Shown here: piece after piece, positions 63,615 through 64,000 of the stretch
Layout of the letters: the number at the start of each line of letters is the position of its first letter
Position numbering within the stretch: position 1 is the first letter of the stretch
Assembly (NCBI RefSeq): GCF_006345805.1
Contig: NC_043004.1
Span: 76,818,001 to 76,882,000, forward strand
Direction: 5' to 3'
DNA length: 64,000 nucleotides
From: Octopus sinensis
Taxonomy: Eukaryota
Program-made: the position numbers and the translations under genes
Notes under the pieces: generated by a model
What the model was told of the DNA's origin: nothing
Databases searched by the model: none
Seen by the model: the letters and a program-made list of their open reading frames with translations, nothing else

Positions 63615-63714
63615 GTCTAACCCATGCGAGTATGGAAAACTGATGCTAAATGATGATGATGATGATATATGTGTGCATGTGCTTGTGTGTGTATGTGTGT
63701 GTGTGTGTGTGTAT

Positions 63715-63897
63715 GCTGGTGGCACATAAAAAGCACCCATTACACTCTCGGAGTGGTTGGCATTAGGAAGGGCATCCAGCTGTAGAAATGTTGCCAAATC
63801 AGATTGGGGCCTGGTGCAGCCTCCTGATTTGGCAGTCCTCAGTCAAACAGTCCATGCCAGCATGGAAAGCAGATGTTAAATGATGATGAGGATGATA
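63715..63897 (+). mobile_element. RTE-type 3' tail
   Basis: Terminal motif and (GAT)n. Confidence 0.8.
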
Positions 63898-63905
63898 TGT
63901 GTATA

Positions 63906-63943
<38 letters not shown>

Positions 63944-64000
63944 ATATACATACTTAATATTAATGATATTCAGGATGCACTTCTTTTCAAAAAGGAAAGA

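Overview
AT-rich, microsatellite-dense eukaryotic DNA. The SINE/LINE repertoire and composition suggest a coleoid cephalopod (octopus-like) intron or intergenic region; this is inference. No intact host protein-coding gene, rRNA, functional tRNA or CRISPR array can be supported. Almost all ORFs in the track are microsatellite or repeat artefacts; the few with real homology are C-terminal fragments of retrotransposon or transposase proteins. The window holds at least four tRNA-derived SINE families; many 5'-truncated RTE LINE 3' ends with a variable ~62-bp tandem array; CR1, Dong/R4-like and CRE-like LINE remnants; a mariner remnant; two non-autonomous Helitrons; TTAA (piggyBac-type) and hAT-Charlie-type MITEs; and a cluster of long fold-back MITEs (GG...CC termini, 8-bp TSDs, internal telomeric repeats; Merlin-like). 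Most notable: that fold-back cluster inside a CpG-retaining domain (54-61 kb), a short GC3-rich coding-like fragment at 29.6 kb, repeated nesting into SINE microsatellites and tails, and many hairpin-forming inverted repeats. Boundaries without a stated TSD are approximate, and family names A, A2, C, D are my own labels.
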